Below, in pieces: positions 19,801 through 28,782 of a DNA stretch of 41,633 nt (positions are counted from its first letter, which is position 1; every line of letters begins with the position of its first letter). This DNA comes from Promethearchaeota archaeon. GTDB lineage: Archaea; Asgardarchaeota; Lokiarchaeia; Sigyniarchaeales; SOKP01. The notes under the pieces are model-generated. The model did not search any database. It was given only the letters and a program-made list of their open reading frames with translations, and was not told the origin of the DNA. The stretch lies in the NCBI GenBank assembly GCA_048940925.1, contig JBHLOC010000038.1, forward strand, positions 4,602-46,234, read 5' to 3'. Both the position numbers and the translations under genes were made by a program.

Positions 19801-20188
19801 TAATTATTCTAATAAAAAAATTGATATAATAGTTGATCATCCCAATGAGGCTCTATATGTAAAAGCTGATAAGTTTCTAATAGATATTTTTGTCAATATC
19901 ATTATTAGTTCAATTAGATATAATAAAAACCCCAGAATAGAGATCAAAATCATTATCTCTAAAGGTCAAAAAGAGAACCAAAATTATATAAAAGTAAAAT
20001 TTATTGATTATCAGAAAGAAATTTTAAACATCGATAAAGAAATGATATTCAATAAAGAAAGAGAAAAAGATGATAAGATCAAAGAAATAATTTTAGGGTT
20101 TCTTTTGGTAGAGCGAGTTTTAAATAATTATAGCGGAAAAATATGGGTTGAAGGAGATTCTTTTGTAATTTTATTACCTGAAGCTTAA
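16814..20188 (+). CDS. Multidomain signalling protein: longin-like / Arf-family GTPase / longin(uDENN)-like / PAS / PAS / GAF / degenerate HisKA-HATPase
   Basis: G1 GLSMAGKTT, G2 PTI, G3 DIPG, LWKPY, G4 NKID, G5 TSG, EAFNWL. PAS starts RYEALFKAARDAILIID and KYRHLFQDSPFSILLIN. GAF ends EENLELLSIISDIL. Kinase-like tail ends GKIWVEGDSFVILLP. TTG start after GAGGT. Confidence 0.85.
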   Translation: MLRFLVLSHRNPIIPPYIYLKMPEMIQRDDIEQIPLLIDLYEDGFFKHTFGNFKTANLIFEIPSEYSKTKIERLLISLVIDSKSEINTALAQEFLERLVEDFKKIEDVFKAFYISSEIYKGDPSKLEEIRVLLNTYNISFPEEEVIFEQKEAKILIFGLSMAGKTTIIRTRRKSVSKAIFPTINVDVSRILVNNVSLLTYDIPGKYNVKELWKPYLKNQDGLIFVLDVTDKIKFPYARELLHEIAGKPELSELPLLILFNKIDLKQPDIKDLEDSMELKKFEKRPVKSFLTSGIKNINIDEAFNWLSIKIAERVDQFTPRSEVGIILCRWDENLGVKVEAVYPNEAFENPELISIKSFSISQFVLKGDEFKPTSVILPFPHLNSNAAIYFDFIENESIRGGLLPLSLIIYYSEKIPKNIINQFSSFIIKQFNDIKKNYLDKNLVEDILHSIHSTIINQITLFQPSIEALKLAELRYEALFKAARDAILIIDKTSGIIIDVNKKAEELFQRPFEDFIGLHSSQVLSGIIDIDFNEAIFDPLDYPFPLRLEVIDNSGNLIPVEISVSEIQMGGQIFAQYIIRDITMRIEAEIKLKHSEIKYRHLFQDSPFSILLINPKGFLVDINPALEKTLGYKREELIGKRFVDLSLIHQDYIVEVLKRFKKEERGKIFPSIEIQLYQKNGNLIWVNMQSSLVDIGEDTFYQIICQNITDQKKIEQELKKISRLKAIITEIVSRFVGVKDFTDAIILSLRDIGEFVHATGAYLYIFNNIYDFTKRNYVWYSKLMYPKIGLPKNIVINDFPWVIEKLKHSDYFYIKNVNNLPEHAVKLKNFLKIHTVKNLLTFSVKIDGNLEGLVCFDNITEEDYWIEENLELLSIISDILNNVILRKIAEENLRLSKETIHQEFDREYFYKELFVNDINTIIKNIQSLLDECIEEDNQLILESRSELLDSIKDQCINGKLLIHIIRRLTLLNEAKIIIEPVNLINVMQNVIEFVTNNYSNKKIDIIVDHPNEALYVKADKFLIDIFVNIIISSIRYNKNPRIEIKIIISKGQKENQNYIKVKFIDYQKEILNIDKEMIFNKEREKDDKIKEIILGFLLVERVLNNYSGKIWVEGDSFVILLPEA

Positions 20189-20427
20189 AAATTGAGAACT
20201 ATACAGTATCCCATTAAATGATTAGTAGTAATTTTGCATAAACAATTTCTTGATTTTTTATTACCTTTCTCCTTTTCAGTTGAAAAATCTATCATTTTAT
20301 CTTTCTTTAATACACCATTAAAGGTAAAAGAGGTGATATTATTCGTCATTTTTCATCATTATTTTTCAATTCACTCTGAACATGAATTTATATCAAGATG
20401 AAATTTAACAATAGCTTGTGATTTAAA

Positions 20428-21102
20428 ATGAATGAATTGAGTCTTGAAGATATAAAAGAGAATATAAATCAACGAAACGTATATCAACAATCGAAAGAAA
20501 AAAGTAAGAGATTAGCGGGAATTATTGTACCTCCACTTTTGATGCTGACTATGTTTCTTATTTATACCTTATTCGGCATAATTTTTGGAAATGAGCTTGG
20601 TTGGTATTTGGGATTGTTTGTGTATTGGATATTATGTGGACTTTTGTTTTCAGCGTGGCTTATTGGATTTGATAAGATTAAAGAATTGAGTACCCCTAAA
20701 AGATTGAAACTGAAATTAGTTCCTTTAATTATATTTCCTGTAGTAATGGCATTTACTTTTAGGGTCTTATCAGGAACAGAATATAACAAAACAAGTATTT
20801 GGGTTGTAATATTACTTGTGATAACCGCGTTTGGAAATGGAATCTTTGAAGAGATATTATGGCGGGGAACTTATATGGTATTATATCCAAATAATAATTT
20901 CATAAGAATTATCTATTCCACCATTTGGTATGCGTTGTTTCACTTTGCATCCGGAAGTCTCTCTTCAAATTCTAATACATTGGGTTTAGTTATTGGATCG
21001 GCATTTTTTGGAATATACCTAGCTTCTTTAGCTAAATGGACCAATACAATTTGGTGGAGCATTCTTTGTCATATCTTAGGGGGATTTGTCTTAGTTGTAT
21101 GA
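20428..21102 (+). CDS. CPBP (CAAX protease/Abi) family intramembrane glutamic endopeptidase
   Basis: FEEILWRG, WYALFH, ILCH motifs within a multi-TM protein. Confidence 0.88.
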   Translation: MNELSLEDIKENINQRNVYQQSKEKSKRLAGIIVPPLLMLTMFLIYTLFGIIFGNELGWYLGLFVYWILCGLLFSAWLIGFDKIKELSTPKRLKLKLVPLIIFPVVMAFTFRVLSGTEYNKTSIWVVILLVITAFGNGIFEEILWRGTYMVLYPNNNFIRIIYSTIWYALFHFASGSLSSNSNTLGLVIGSAFFGIYLASLAKWTNTIWWSILCHILGGFVLVV

Positions 21103-21132
21103 ATTAAATAAAATTAAAAATAAAGAAAGAAA

Positions 21133-22860
21133 TTACACTTCGATTGGAGTTATTTCTTTTAATTTTTTTATCTTTTTAACCTTTGGACTTTTAATAAGAT
21201 GTCCTTGAATAATTACTTTTATAACTTTTCCTAAGTAATCTATTTCTTCTAAAGGATTACCAGGAACTACAATAAGGTCAGCATATTTTCCCTTTTCAAT
21301 ACTTCCCGTAATATCATCTATACCGATATTTTCAGCGTTGCCTTTCGTAGCATAATAGATTGCTTCTTGTGAAGTCATTTCAGTATATTTTAGGTAATAT
21401 TTTAATTCTTTCCAGAATTCATATTGTAAGGAATAGGGAACAGATGCATCAGTACCACATGATAATCTCAACTTTTCTTTATAGGCTTTTTGTAGTGCTG
21501 AGATCATACCTTTTTCAATAAGCTTTGCATTTTCAAAACTTTCTGCTGTAATTTTAGTCTCCTCTTTGGGTAAAGTAGCCATTCCCATGCCTGCAGTAAC
21601 AGTAGGCACAATAACCGTATATCCCCTTAAGGCTTTAGGATTATTCCGTATTAATGGAACTAAGTCATCAGGTATTTCAGCAGCATGTTCTATACTGTCA
21701 ACACCTCCCTTTAAAGCTTCTCTCATCCCTTCTGTGGATTCACAATGGGTTGCAACTAGTAATCCACCTCTATGAGCTTCAAAGCACGCTGTTTCAATCT
21801 CTTTTATAGTCATTTGAGGTCGTCCCGCTTCTCCTACCTTTCTGGCATCCATAACCCCTCCCGTAGAAAGTATTTTTATATGATCCACTTTCATTCTTAA
21901 ATTCCATCTAACAGCTTTTCTAATTTCAGTGACAGAATCAGCTACAAACGCATTTACCCATCCATGTCCCCCTGTAACACAAATACCTTTACCTGCGCAC
22001 AATAATCTTGGTCCGACTATTTTACCCTTGTTAATCTTAGCTCTTACTTTTAAATCAACATACAACGGATCAGACATAGATCGCATTGTTGTGACTCCGC
22101 TGTTAAGAGCATTTAAAACATTTTTTCTCATAAGTTTAAACAAAATTATTTTTCCTATTGGCGTGGCAAGGAATTTAAATAATTTTTTCATACTATTATC
22201 GCTTAATTTCATCAATTTAGTAGGTTTGCCGCTCCCTATTAAATGACAATGTGAGTTAATTAAACCAGGTAGTACATAAGTTCCTTTTAAATCGATTTTT
22301 TTATAATCATTGGGAATTTCAATTTCTTTTTCAGGCCCAACTCCTATGATTTTGCCCGGAGTTTCCTCTTTATCTGTAAGATTTTTGATTAGGATAACTC
22401 CATTAGCAATTATTTTGCTATCCTTATTACCATCAATAATACTACAATTTACTAAAGCTATATTAGCTTTTGGCTCCTTTTTCTTGTATTTTAACCCAAA
22501 TAACCACGATATTATAAGATACATTAAGAAAATATCAATTAAACTACCAATAATAGAAATAATCCAAAACCAAGTAACAGGTAACCAACTGGAATTCAAA
22601 TGAGCAATGTTTAAAGTTAAATTATACATTTTAAAACCAAAGAGGCCTAACACATCCAATATACCTAAGGGAATGCCTACAAATGGAATAATCCATGGGA
22701 AGAAATTTAAAATCCCAACGATTAGATAAGCTAAAGTCCCAAAAATACCTTCATATGTACCATAGGTTATCCATGCTAATAAGGCTATGAAAATTAAAAA
22801 AATTAATATCGACAATAAGCCTGTTAACTTAAACCTTGAATTCTTATTATTTTCACTCAT
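21133..22860 (-). CDS. Metal-dependent amidohydrolase (subgroup A, prolidase-like) with N-terminal TM extension
   Basis: PGLINSHCH, GVTTMR, TGGHG, HIKILSTGG, ATHCE, SIEH, GTDA, GSIEKGKYADL. First ~125 aa hydrophobic. Confidence 0.88.
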   Translation of the reverse strand: MSENNKNSRFKLTGLLSILIFLIFIALLAWITYGTYEGIFGTLAYLIVGILNFFPWIIPFVGIPLGILDVLGLFGFKMYNLTLNIAHLNSSWLPVTWFWIISIIGSLIDIFLMYLIISWLFGLKYKKKEPKANIALVNCSIIDGNKDSKIIANGVILIKNLTDKEETPGKIIGVGPEKEIEIPNDYKKIDLKGTYVLPGLINSHCHLIGSGKPTKLMKLSDNSMKKLFKFLATPIGKIILFKLMRKNVLNALNSGVTTMRSMSDPLYVDLKVRAKINKGKIVGPRLLCAGKGICVTGGHGWVNAFVADSVTEIRKAVRWNLRMKVDHIKILSTGGVMDARKVGEAGRPQMTIKEIETACFEAHRGGLLVATHCESTEGMREALKGGVDSIEHAAEIPDDLVPLIRNNPKALRGYTVIVPTVTAGMGMATLPKEETKITAESFENAKLIEKGMISALQKAYKEKLRLSCGTDASVPYSLQYEFWKELKYYLKYTEMTSQEAIYYATKGNAENIGIDDITGSIEKGKYADLIVVPGNPLEEIDYLGKVIKVIIQGHLIKSPKVKKIKKLKEITPIEV

Positions 22861-22894
22861 GATATATCACGAAAGATTAAAAGAGAAATAAAAA

Positions 22895-24112
22895 TTATAA
22901 CTTTTTAATACACTTAAAAAGCGTATCTGATAATATTTTTTCACGAGGATCTCCAAGTAAATAAAAACCAGATTTGTTCATAGCATAACAAAAGCCTACT
23001 TGACTGCTAGGATCTGCGTATGCAAAAGATCCACCAGCTCCAGGTGTGCCAAACGCTTTTTCATCTGAACCGAATAAAAAGTCTGGTGAGGGTTTTAAGA
23101 AACCAAGAGAGAATCGTGTTTTAAGATGTAGTACTTGATCGAAAGATCCCAATTCTGGAACTGATGCAGGTTCCATTAAAGCATTCAATGTTTCTTGTTT
23201 AATATTTAATTCCTTTCCACCACTTGCAAAAAAGCTATATAATTTTGCTACGTCTCGTACTTGCACAATTCCATTTGCTGCTGGTAATTCTATTTTACGC
23301 AATTCTCGTTTATTATAATTTTTAACAGTTTGTAATAATTTAGGATTTGAAAAGGTTCTATTTGTAATAGTACCTTTTTTAAGGAATGCTTTTACAAAAG
23401 CTTTTGGAAGTTTTTTAGTATTAAAAATCATTCGAAATCTATATAATGGAGCATACATATTCGCTATTCGAGAATCTGGCACTTCATCAGGCAACCCTAT
23501 ATAAATCTCTAAATCTAAAGGCTTTGCAATCTCATCGCGAAAGAATTGACCAATAGTTCGATGTTGTGGATCAGTTTTTCTAATTAATTCGCTTTCATAC
23601 CAACCCAATGTAATGCCATGATACCCATGTAAGGTTCCAGGCGTCCATAATGGTTTTTGTTTGGCAATTGCAGACTCCATCTTATCAGGATCTCCTAGAG
23701 TTTTTAAGTCTAGTGGTTCATCTATTGCACACAACCCTGCTTTATGTGAAAGTAACTGCCTTATAGTAATATCTTCTTTTCCATTCTGTGCAAAATTAGG
23801 CCAGTATCTTGAAACCTTTTCATCATATTCAAAATATCCCCTCGAATGTGCAAGGGCACAAGCCAATCCAGATATACCTTTAGTTGTAGAAAAAACAAGA
23901 ACTAAAGTATCTTCTTTCCAAGGATCACGCGTTTTTGCATCACGGTATCCGCCCCATAAATCTACAACTTTCTTTCCTTTATAATAGGCAGCACAGGTTG
24001 CACCAACTTCTTCTCCTTCCTCAAAATTATTAATAAATACTTCTTTCACTTCTTCAAATCCAGGTTCGATAAAACCGTGGATCAAAGACTCAATGAACTT
24101 AAATTTAGCCAT
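22895..24112 (-). CDS. Serine hydrolase, beta-lactamase/EstA (family VIII esterase) type
   Basis: VVDLWGG, FSTTK (SxxK), LLSHKAGL, PGTLHGYH, AFGTPGAGGS. Confidence 0.9.
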   Translation of the reverse strand: MAKFKFIESLIHGFIEPGFEEVKEVFINNFEEGEEVGATCAAYYKGKKVVDLWGGYRDAKTRDPWKEDTLVLVFSTTKGISGLACALAHSRGYFEYDEKVSRYWPNFAQNGKEDITIRQLLSHKAGLCAIDEPLDLKTLGDPDKMESAIAKQKPLWTPGTLHGYHGITLGWYESELIRKTDPQHRTIGQFFRDEIAKPLDLEIYIGLPDEVPDSRIANMYAPLYRFRMIFNTKKLPKAFVKAFLKKGTITNRTFSNPKLLQTVKNYNKRELRKIELPAANGIVQVRDVAKLYSFFASGGKELNIKQETLNALMEPASVPELGSFDQVLHLKTRFSLGFLKPSPDFLFGSDEKAFGTPGAGGSFAYADPSSQVGFCYAMNKSGFYLLGDPREKILSDTLFKCIKKL

Positions 24113-24393
24113 TTCTAATCATTTAGTTTTGCTAAAAGAAAATTAATAATTAATATGTAAGTTAAATTATAGAATTCCTTACCATTAAATTTAATCCTTA
24201 GTGTTCCATTATCTTTTTAAATTCATTTTAATAAGGATTTCTCTTGAGTTATTAAGTATATTATATATTCTTTTTCTTTTTTCTCATAAATTTTGATTAT
24301 TTCTGCTTTTAGAGCAGAAGTTATTTCTTTAGCTAATTTCCAAGAAAAAGAATAAAAAATTAGAATATATAAAGGTAAATAATAGCATAGATT

Positions 24394-25902
24394 TTAAAAA
24401 ATTCCATCCCACACCATTCTCTCCGTCTTGAAAGGATCATCCACTAATTTTACCTCAGTGCCAAAGATCATTGTAGATCTATTTCTAAGGTCATAAGGAT
24501 TCCATTTAGGGATACCCTCATGATTAGGATTTCCGTTTTGTGCAAATGAAATCCAAGAGTTCATCATCTTTTCACTGAGAATATCGGTTTCATTACTTTT
24601 TTTTGGGGTAATTCCTCTTGCTTTTTCACCTAATCTTCCAAAAACAAAAGCTATTTCAAGTGCATGGCACGCACCCAATTTTCCTCCGAATTCAGGTGAT
24701 TTATAGGTAAAAAGATAAGAGAAAACGTTAGGTTGGTGTTTGCATTGAGCCTCTACTAATCTTATACCCGAGACTCTGAATCTGAAATCGGTTAATATTG
24801 CTTCTAAAATGTCCTGTGGATCTGTAGGAAGCGTACCCTCTCGTGCTTTTTTATATGTATCAATGATTTTCTGAGTTACACCTTCATCTTCATTAAAAAC
24901 TTGTATCAGCCTGTGAGTTCTTCTAAATAAACCCTCTTCATCGAGTATTTTATTTGGGGGGGATATAACTGAATATAGTTTCATTTCATCTTGATTTGTC
25001 CCCACTATAAGTTCCAGATCGGACGCAAATCCATCTCTAATCGCTTCAAGAGGATGTTTCGGTAATGATTTACTATCGATATAAACTCCATAAGGAAAAT
25101 TTCTACCTTTTGCTCGTGCTTCCAATTCCAATTTAGTTTGGACATCCACAATTTTTTGTGGAGATATCTTTTTTAATGCTTCAATGTCAAATCCTTTTAT
25201 ACCCAGCTCAGTCATGATGCGCTCAGCGCCATTAATTCCAACCTTAGGATGGAAACTGCGCGGATGAGCAGCTCCACTTTGAGAAATTACCCTATTAATC
25301 AATCCTTTTGCAGCAGGCATAGCCATTAAAGTAGAAACCGCTACTCCCCCTGCAGATTCACCAAAAATAGTCACATTGTTCGGATCTCCCCCAAAAAGAC
25401 TGATGTTATCTCGAACCCATTGAAGTGCTGTGATTTGATCCAATTGCCCTAGATTTGCAATTTCGTCTTGAATGAAAATATAGCCAAATATACCAAGACG
25501 GTAATTTATTGAAACGATAACTGCATTACCAATTTTTGCCATTACCGTTCCATCTGTTCTTGAACCACTACCAAAAGAAAATCCCCCTCCATGTATCCAA
25601 AATAAAACGGGACGCTTGGTATCGTCTACTTCTGGCGTCCATACATTTAAGCTTAAACATTTCTCTTCATCTTGTAATGGATGTGGCTGAGGAGTAAAAA
25701 AAGATTCTCTTTGGGGTACATCAGGACCGAATTTTGTACAATCAAGTACACCGCTCCACGGTTCTTTTCGGATGGAGGGTTTGAACCTCAAATTTCCGAC
25801 AGGTGGTTCTGCATATGGAATTCCTTTGAATTTCTTTACACCTTCTCTTTCATATCCTTTAATTTTGCCCTGTTTGGTTTCAATAATTATTTCTTTCTCC
25901 AA
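24394..25902 (-). CDS. Type-B carboxylesterase (para-nitrobenzyl esterase-like)
   Basis: FKGIPYAEPPVGNLRF, EKCLSLNVWTP, WIHGGG, GESAG, GTNQDE, ACHALEI. TTG start. Confidence 0.93.
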   Translation of the reverse strand: MEKEIIIETKQGKIKGYEREGVKKFKGIPYAEPPVGNLRFKPSIRKEPWSGVLDCTKFGPDVPQRESFFTPQPHPLQDEEKCLSLNVWTPEVDDTKRPVLFWIHGGGFSFGSGSRTDGTVMAKIGNAVIVSINYRLGIFGYIFIQDEIANLGQLDQITALQWVRDNISLFGGDPNNVTIFGESAGGVAVSTLMAMPAAKGLINRVISQSGAAHPRSFHPKVGINGAERIMTELGIKGFDIEALKKISPQKIVDVQTKLELEARAKGRNFPYGVYIDSKSLPKHPLEAIRDGFASDLELIVGTNQDEMKLYSVISPPNKILDEEGLFRRTHRLIQVFNEDEGVTQKIIDTYKKAREGTLPTDPQDILEAILTDFRFRVSGIRLVEAQCKHQPNVFSYLFTYKSPEFGGKLGACHALEIAFVFGRLGEKARGITPKKSNETDILSEKMMNSWISFAQNGNPNHEGIPKWNPYDLRNRSTMIFGTEVKLVDDPFKTERMVWDGIF

Positions 25903-26156
25903 TATTAGACCATCTCTTTAGATTGTCTTATAATTCTATTATATAAAGTCATTTATTTTACAACTTAAAATCTTTAATATCAAAAAAGTAGTTCGTTTCT
26001 TAAACATATTCCTATTTAAAGTTACAAATTAATTTTAAAGATTTACGAGCTGAATATTCTTTTTAACACAAATTGAAAATTGAAGAAATTAAAAATAATA
26101 AAATAAAAAATGGACCTCACATTTTTATGATGTATATTCTGAATAGATGAGATTTT

Positions 26157-26819
26157 ATGGATAAGGAAAAATTAATAACCATTATTGGAATGGGACCTGG
26201 TAATGGAATGGGAATTGCAAGACGGTTTGGTAAAGAAGGTTTTTCAGTTGCTATGATTTCACGAAATGAAGAAAAGTTACAAAAACTCCAAGGAGAATTA
26301 AAAAAAGAAGATATAAATGCTCATTATTTTGTAGGGGATGCAAGCAAGCAAGAATCCTTAAAGAATTCGTTTCAACAAATAAAGGAAGAACTAGGGAGCA
26401 CGGATGTGTTGATCTATAATGCTGCCCGATTAAAGATGAGAAATATTCTTGAAGAACGCTTCGAATCTTTAGTTACTGATTTCAAGGTGAATGTAGCAGG
26501 AGTTTTAGTCGCTGTTCAGGAGGTGCTTCCATCAATGCTAGCAAACAAGGAAGGTACCATTCTTGTTACCGGAGGACATCTAGGTATTGAACCTCATAAA
26601 GAATTTGCTTCGCTTTCTATAGGAAAGGGGGCCCTTATTAATTTGGTGAAAGTATTAGCAGCAGAATTATCCACAAAGAATATCCATGTCGGTTCGGTTA
26701 TTATTTGTGGAATTGTAAATCCAAAAGATGAGAAATACAATCCCACGGCAATTGCAGAACAATTTTGGAGATTGCATACTCAGAAAAAGGAAAGATTTGA
26801 AGTAGAAATATTATATTAG
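26157..26819 (+). CDS. Short-chain dehydrogenase/reductase (SDR), atypical
   Basis: IIGMGPGNG, DVLIYNA, VNV, ILVTG. The YxxxK position reads LSIGK. Confidence 0.85.
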   Translation: MDKEKLITIIGMGPGNGMGIARRFGKEGFSVAMISRNEEKLQKLQGELKKEDINAHYFVGDASKQESLKNSFQQIKEELGSTDVLIYNAARLKMRNILEERFESLVTDFKVNVAGVLVAVQEVLPSMLANKEGTILVTGGHLGIEPHKEFASLSIGKGALINLVKVLAAELSTKNIHVGSVIICGIVNPKDEKYNPTAIAEQFWRLHTQKKERFEVEILY

Positions 26820-27036
26820 ACTGAAATATATTTCTATATATATTTATTATTTATTGATGTGAACTTTCTCGTTGTTTTTACTTTCAAACTATAATAAAGA
26901 GGTTTATATTAGTAGAGATTCTTCTGCATCATGAACTCCTTATTTTGCCCTTTCATAATAAGATATTTATAAACTATTATGTATCTTACTATTAATTGGG
27001 CAAAAATATATTAAAAATCAATTAAAAAGCAATGAA

Positions 27037-27043
27037 GAGGTGA
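27037..27043 (+). promoter_or_regulatory. Shine-Dalgarno GAGGTGA upstream of wrbA
   Basis: GAGGTGA lies 5 nt before the in-frame ATA at 27049. Confidence 0.7.
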
Positions 27044-27048
27044 ACTAA

Positions 27049-27714
27049 ATAAATAATTCTAGACCAAAGATTTTAATTCTCTTCTATTCTACTTATGGTC
27101 ATATCTATAAAATGGCGAAAGCGGTAGCAGAAGGTGTTAAGGAAGCAGGAGGGACGCCAATCATTAAAACAGTTGAAGAATTAATGCCAGAAAAATATTG
27201 GGATGAAAATGTGAGAAAAGCAAAAGATCTTATGAAAGATATACCAATCGCTGATCCTCGTCAAGATCTTAAAGATATTCAAGGCATAATTGTTGGAACA
27301 CCTACTCGCTTTGGAAATATGACTGCTCAAATGAGAAACTTCTGGGATCAGACAGGAGAGGATTGGTTAAATGGAACATTAGTGGGAAAACCAGCCTCAG
27401 TATTTTCGAGTACTGCAACGCAGCATGGAGGGCAAGAAGCAACTATTCTTTCAACAATGATAACTTTACTACATCAAGGATTAGTCTTGGTAGGTTTACC
27501 ATATTCTTTTCGAGAACAAATGAGAGTGGACGAAATAACAGGTGGAACGCCGTATGGTGCTTCAACAATTGCTGGTCCTAATGGCGAGAGAATGCCGAGT
27601 GAAAATGAGTTACAATTAGCAAGAGATCTGGGACGGCATCATACTGAGATTGCAATCAAACTGATGACAAAAATTCCAGTATTAGAGAAAGAAAGTATTG
27701 CTTTAGAAGCTTAA
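27049..27714 (+). CDS. wrbA: NAD(P)H:quinone oxidoreductase type IV (WrbA)
   Basis: The frame extends upstream of ATG 27112 through [19 protein letters not shown]. Also [48 protein letters not shown]. Confidence 0.9.
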   Translation: MNNSRPKILILFYSTYGHIYKMAKAVAEGVKEAGGTPIIKTVEELMPEKYWDENVRKAKDLMKDIPIADPRQDLKDIQGIIVGTPTRFGNMTAQMRNFWDQTGEDWLNGTLVGKPASVFSSTATQHGGQEATILSTMITLLHQGLVLVGLPYSFREQMRVDEITGGTPYGASTIAGPNGERMPSENELQLARDLGRHHTEIAIKLMTKIPVLEKESIALEA

Positions 27715-27937
27715 TCCATTATTGTCTATATTAATGATCTGATAAATAGAAGGGAAATAAAATTTACATTTTTTCTTTTTTTTTTATATATGATTAGGCA
27801 AATTAAACACACATACCAATATATTCTATTTAAAATTCTAATGTTGACTAGATATGAATATTTAATTACTAATACTTGATCAGAATTCACACATAATGGG
27901 TATGAAGAAATTAACTGAAAGATGCATTCAGTCTAAT

Positions 27938-28603
27938 CTATTTTATTGATAAAATTATCTGAAAAAAGCTGAGGAATTCTTTCACTGGAATTATTTTTTG
28001 TATCTTAAAGCCAACATTTTTTAGTTCTTTTAATATATTTTTTTGCATTTCGAATGAGTGAGAAGTAATTTTTTCAATAAATCCCAGATAAAAGTTATAT
28101 AGAATTCGAAGTGAAGTTTTTGAAGGTTCATGATGTTCAAAAATTAAAAGAATACCGCCTTTTTTTAGTACCCTATGGATTTCAGAAAGGACATTTAATC
28201 TTTGATTTTTATCCATCTCATGTATTGCTGCAGAAATCACAACATGATTGAAATAATTATTTGAAAATTTCATTTCATTAGCATCCATTACTGTAAATTT
28301 TAGATTAGGATATTTATTCTTTTTTTGCGCTTGGGCGATCTGACCAAGAGATAAGTCGACTCCTATAAGATTGCAATCTTTATAAAGCAACTTTGTAAGT
28401 AAGATCGTTAGTGTACCAGTTCCACAGCATAAATCTAATATTCGATCACCTCTTCTGATATATGGAGATAAAGTCTTAAAGACGCTAACTCGAAGTATCT
28501 TTTCTCCCACTGGAGTCAATCCTATCTTCAATCCGATATCATATACCCTAGAAATAAAAATATCATATATTTGCGTATATCTTTTTGATTGATAACTGGT
28601 CAT
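27938..28603 (-). CDS. Class I SAM-dependent methyltransferase (UbiE/MenG-like)
   Basis: ILDLCCGTG, GVDLS, ISAAIHEM, EIHRVLKKGG. Confidence 0.87.
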   Translation of the reverse strand: MTSYQSKRYTQIYDIFISRVYDIGLKIGLTPVGEKILRVSVFKTLSPYIRRGDRILDLCCGTGTLTILLTKLLYKDCNLIGVDLSLGQIAQAQKKNKYPNLKFTVMDANEMKFSNNYFNHVVISAAIHEMDKNQRLNVLSEIHRVLKKGGILLIFEHHEPSKTSLRILYNFYLGFIEKITSHSFEMQKNILKELKNVGFKIQKIIPVKEFLSFFQIILSIK

Positions 28604-28782
28604 CTAACATTAGAATATTATTTAATCTCAAACTATCTAATATTAAATAAAAAGCAGAAATAAATATAGAAAAAAACTCTGTTTATTTATTATTAATAAA
28701 AAATACAAAAACTGGTAATAGACTCAAAACCTAGTGGGAGATATAAAATCTTAAAAAAATCTTTTTATTATGTGATGGAAAA

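Noticed and set aside
20185-20349. Short minus-strand ORF (MTNNITSF..., about 54 aa) after the GTPase fusion
   Set aside because: No recognisable motif or RBS; compatible with chance.
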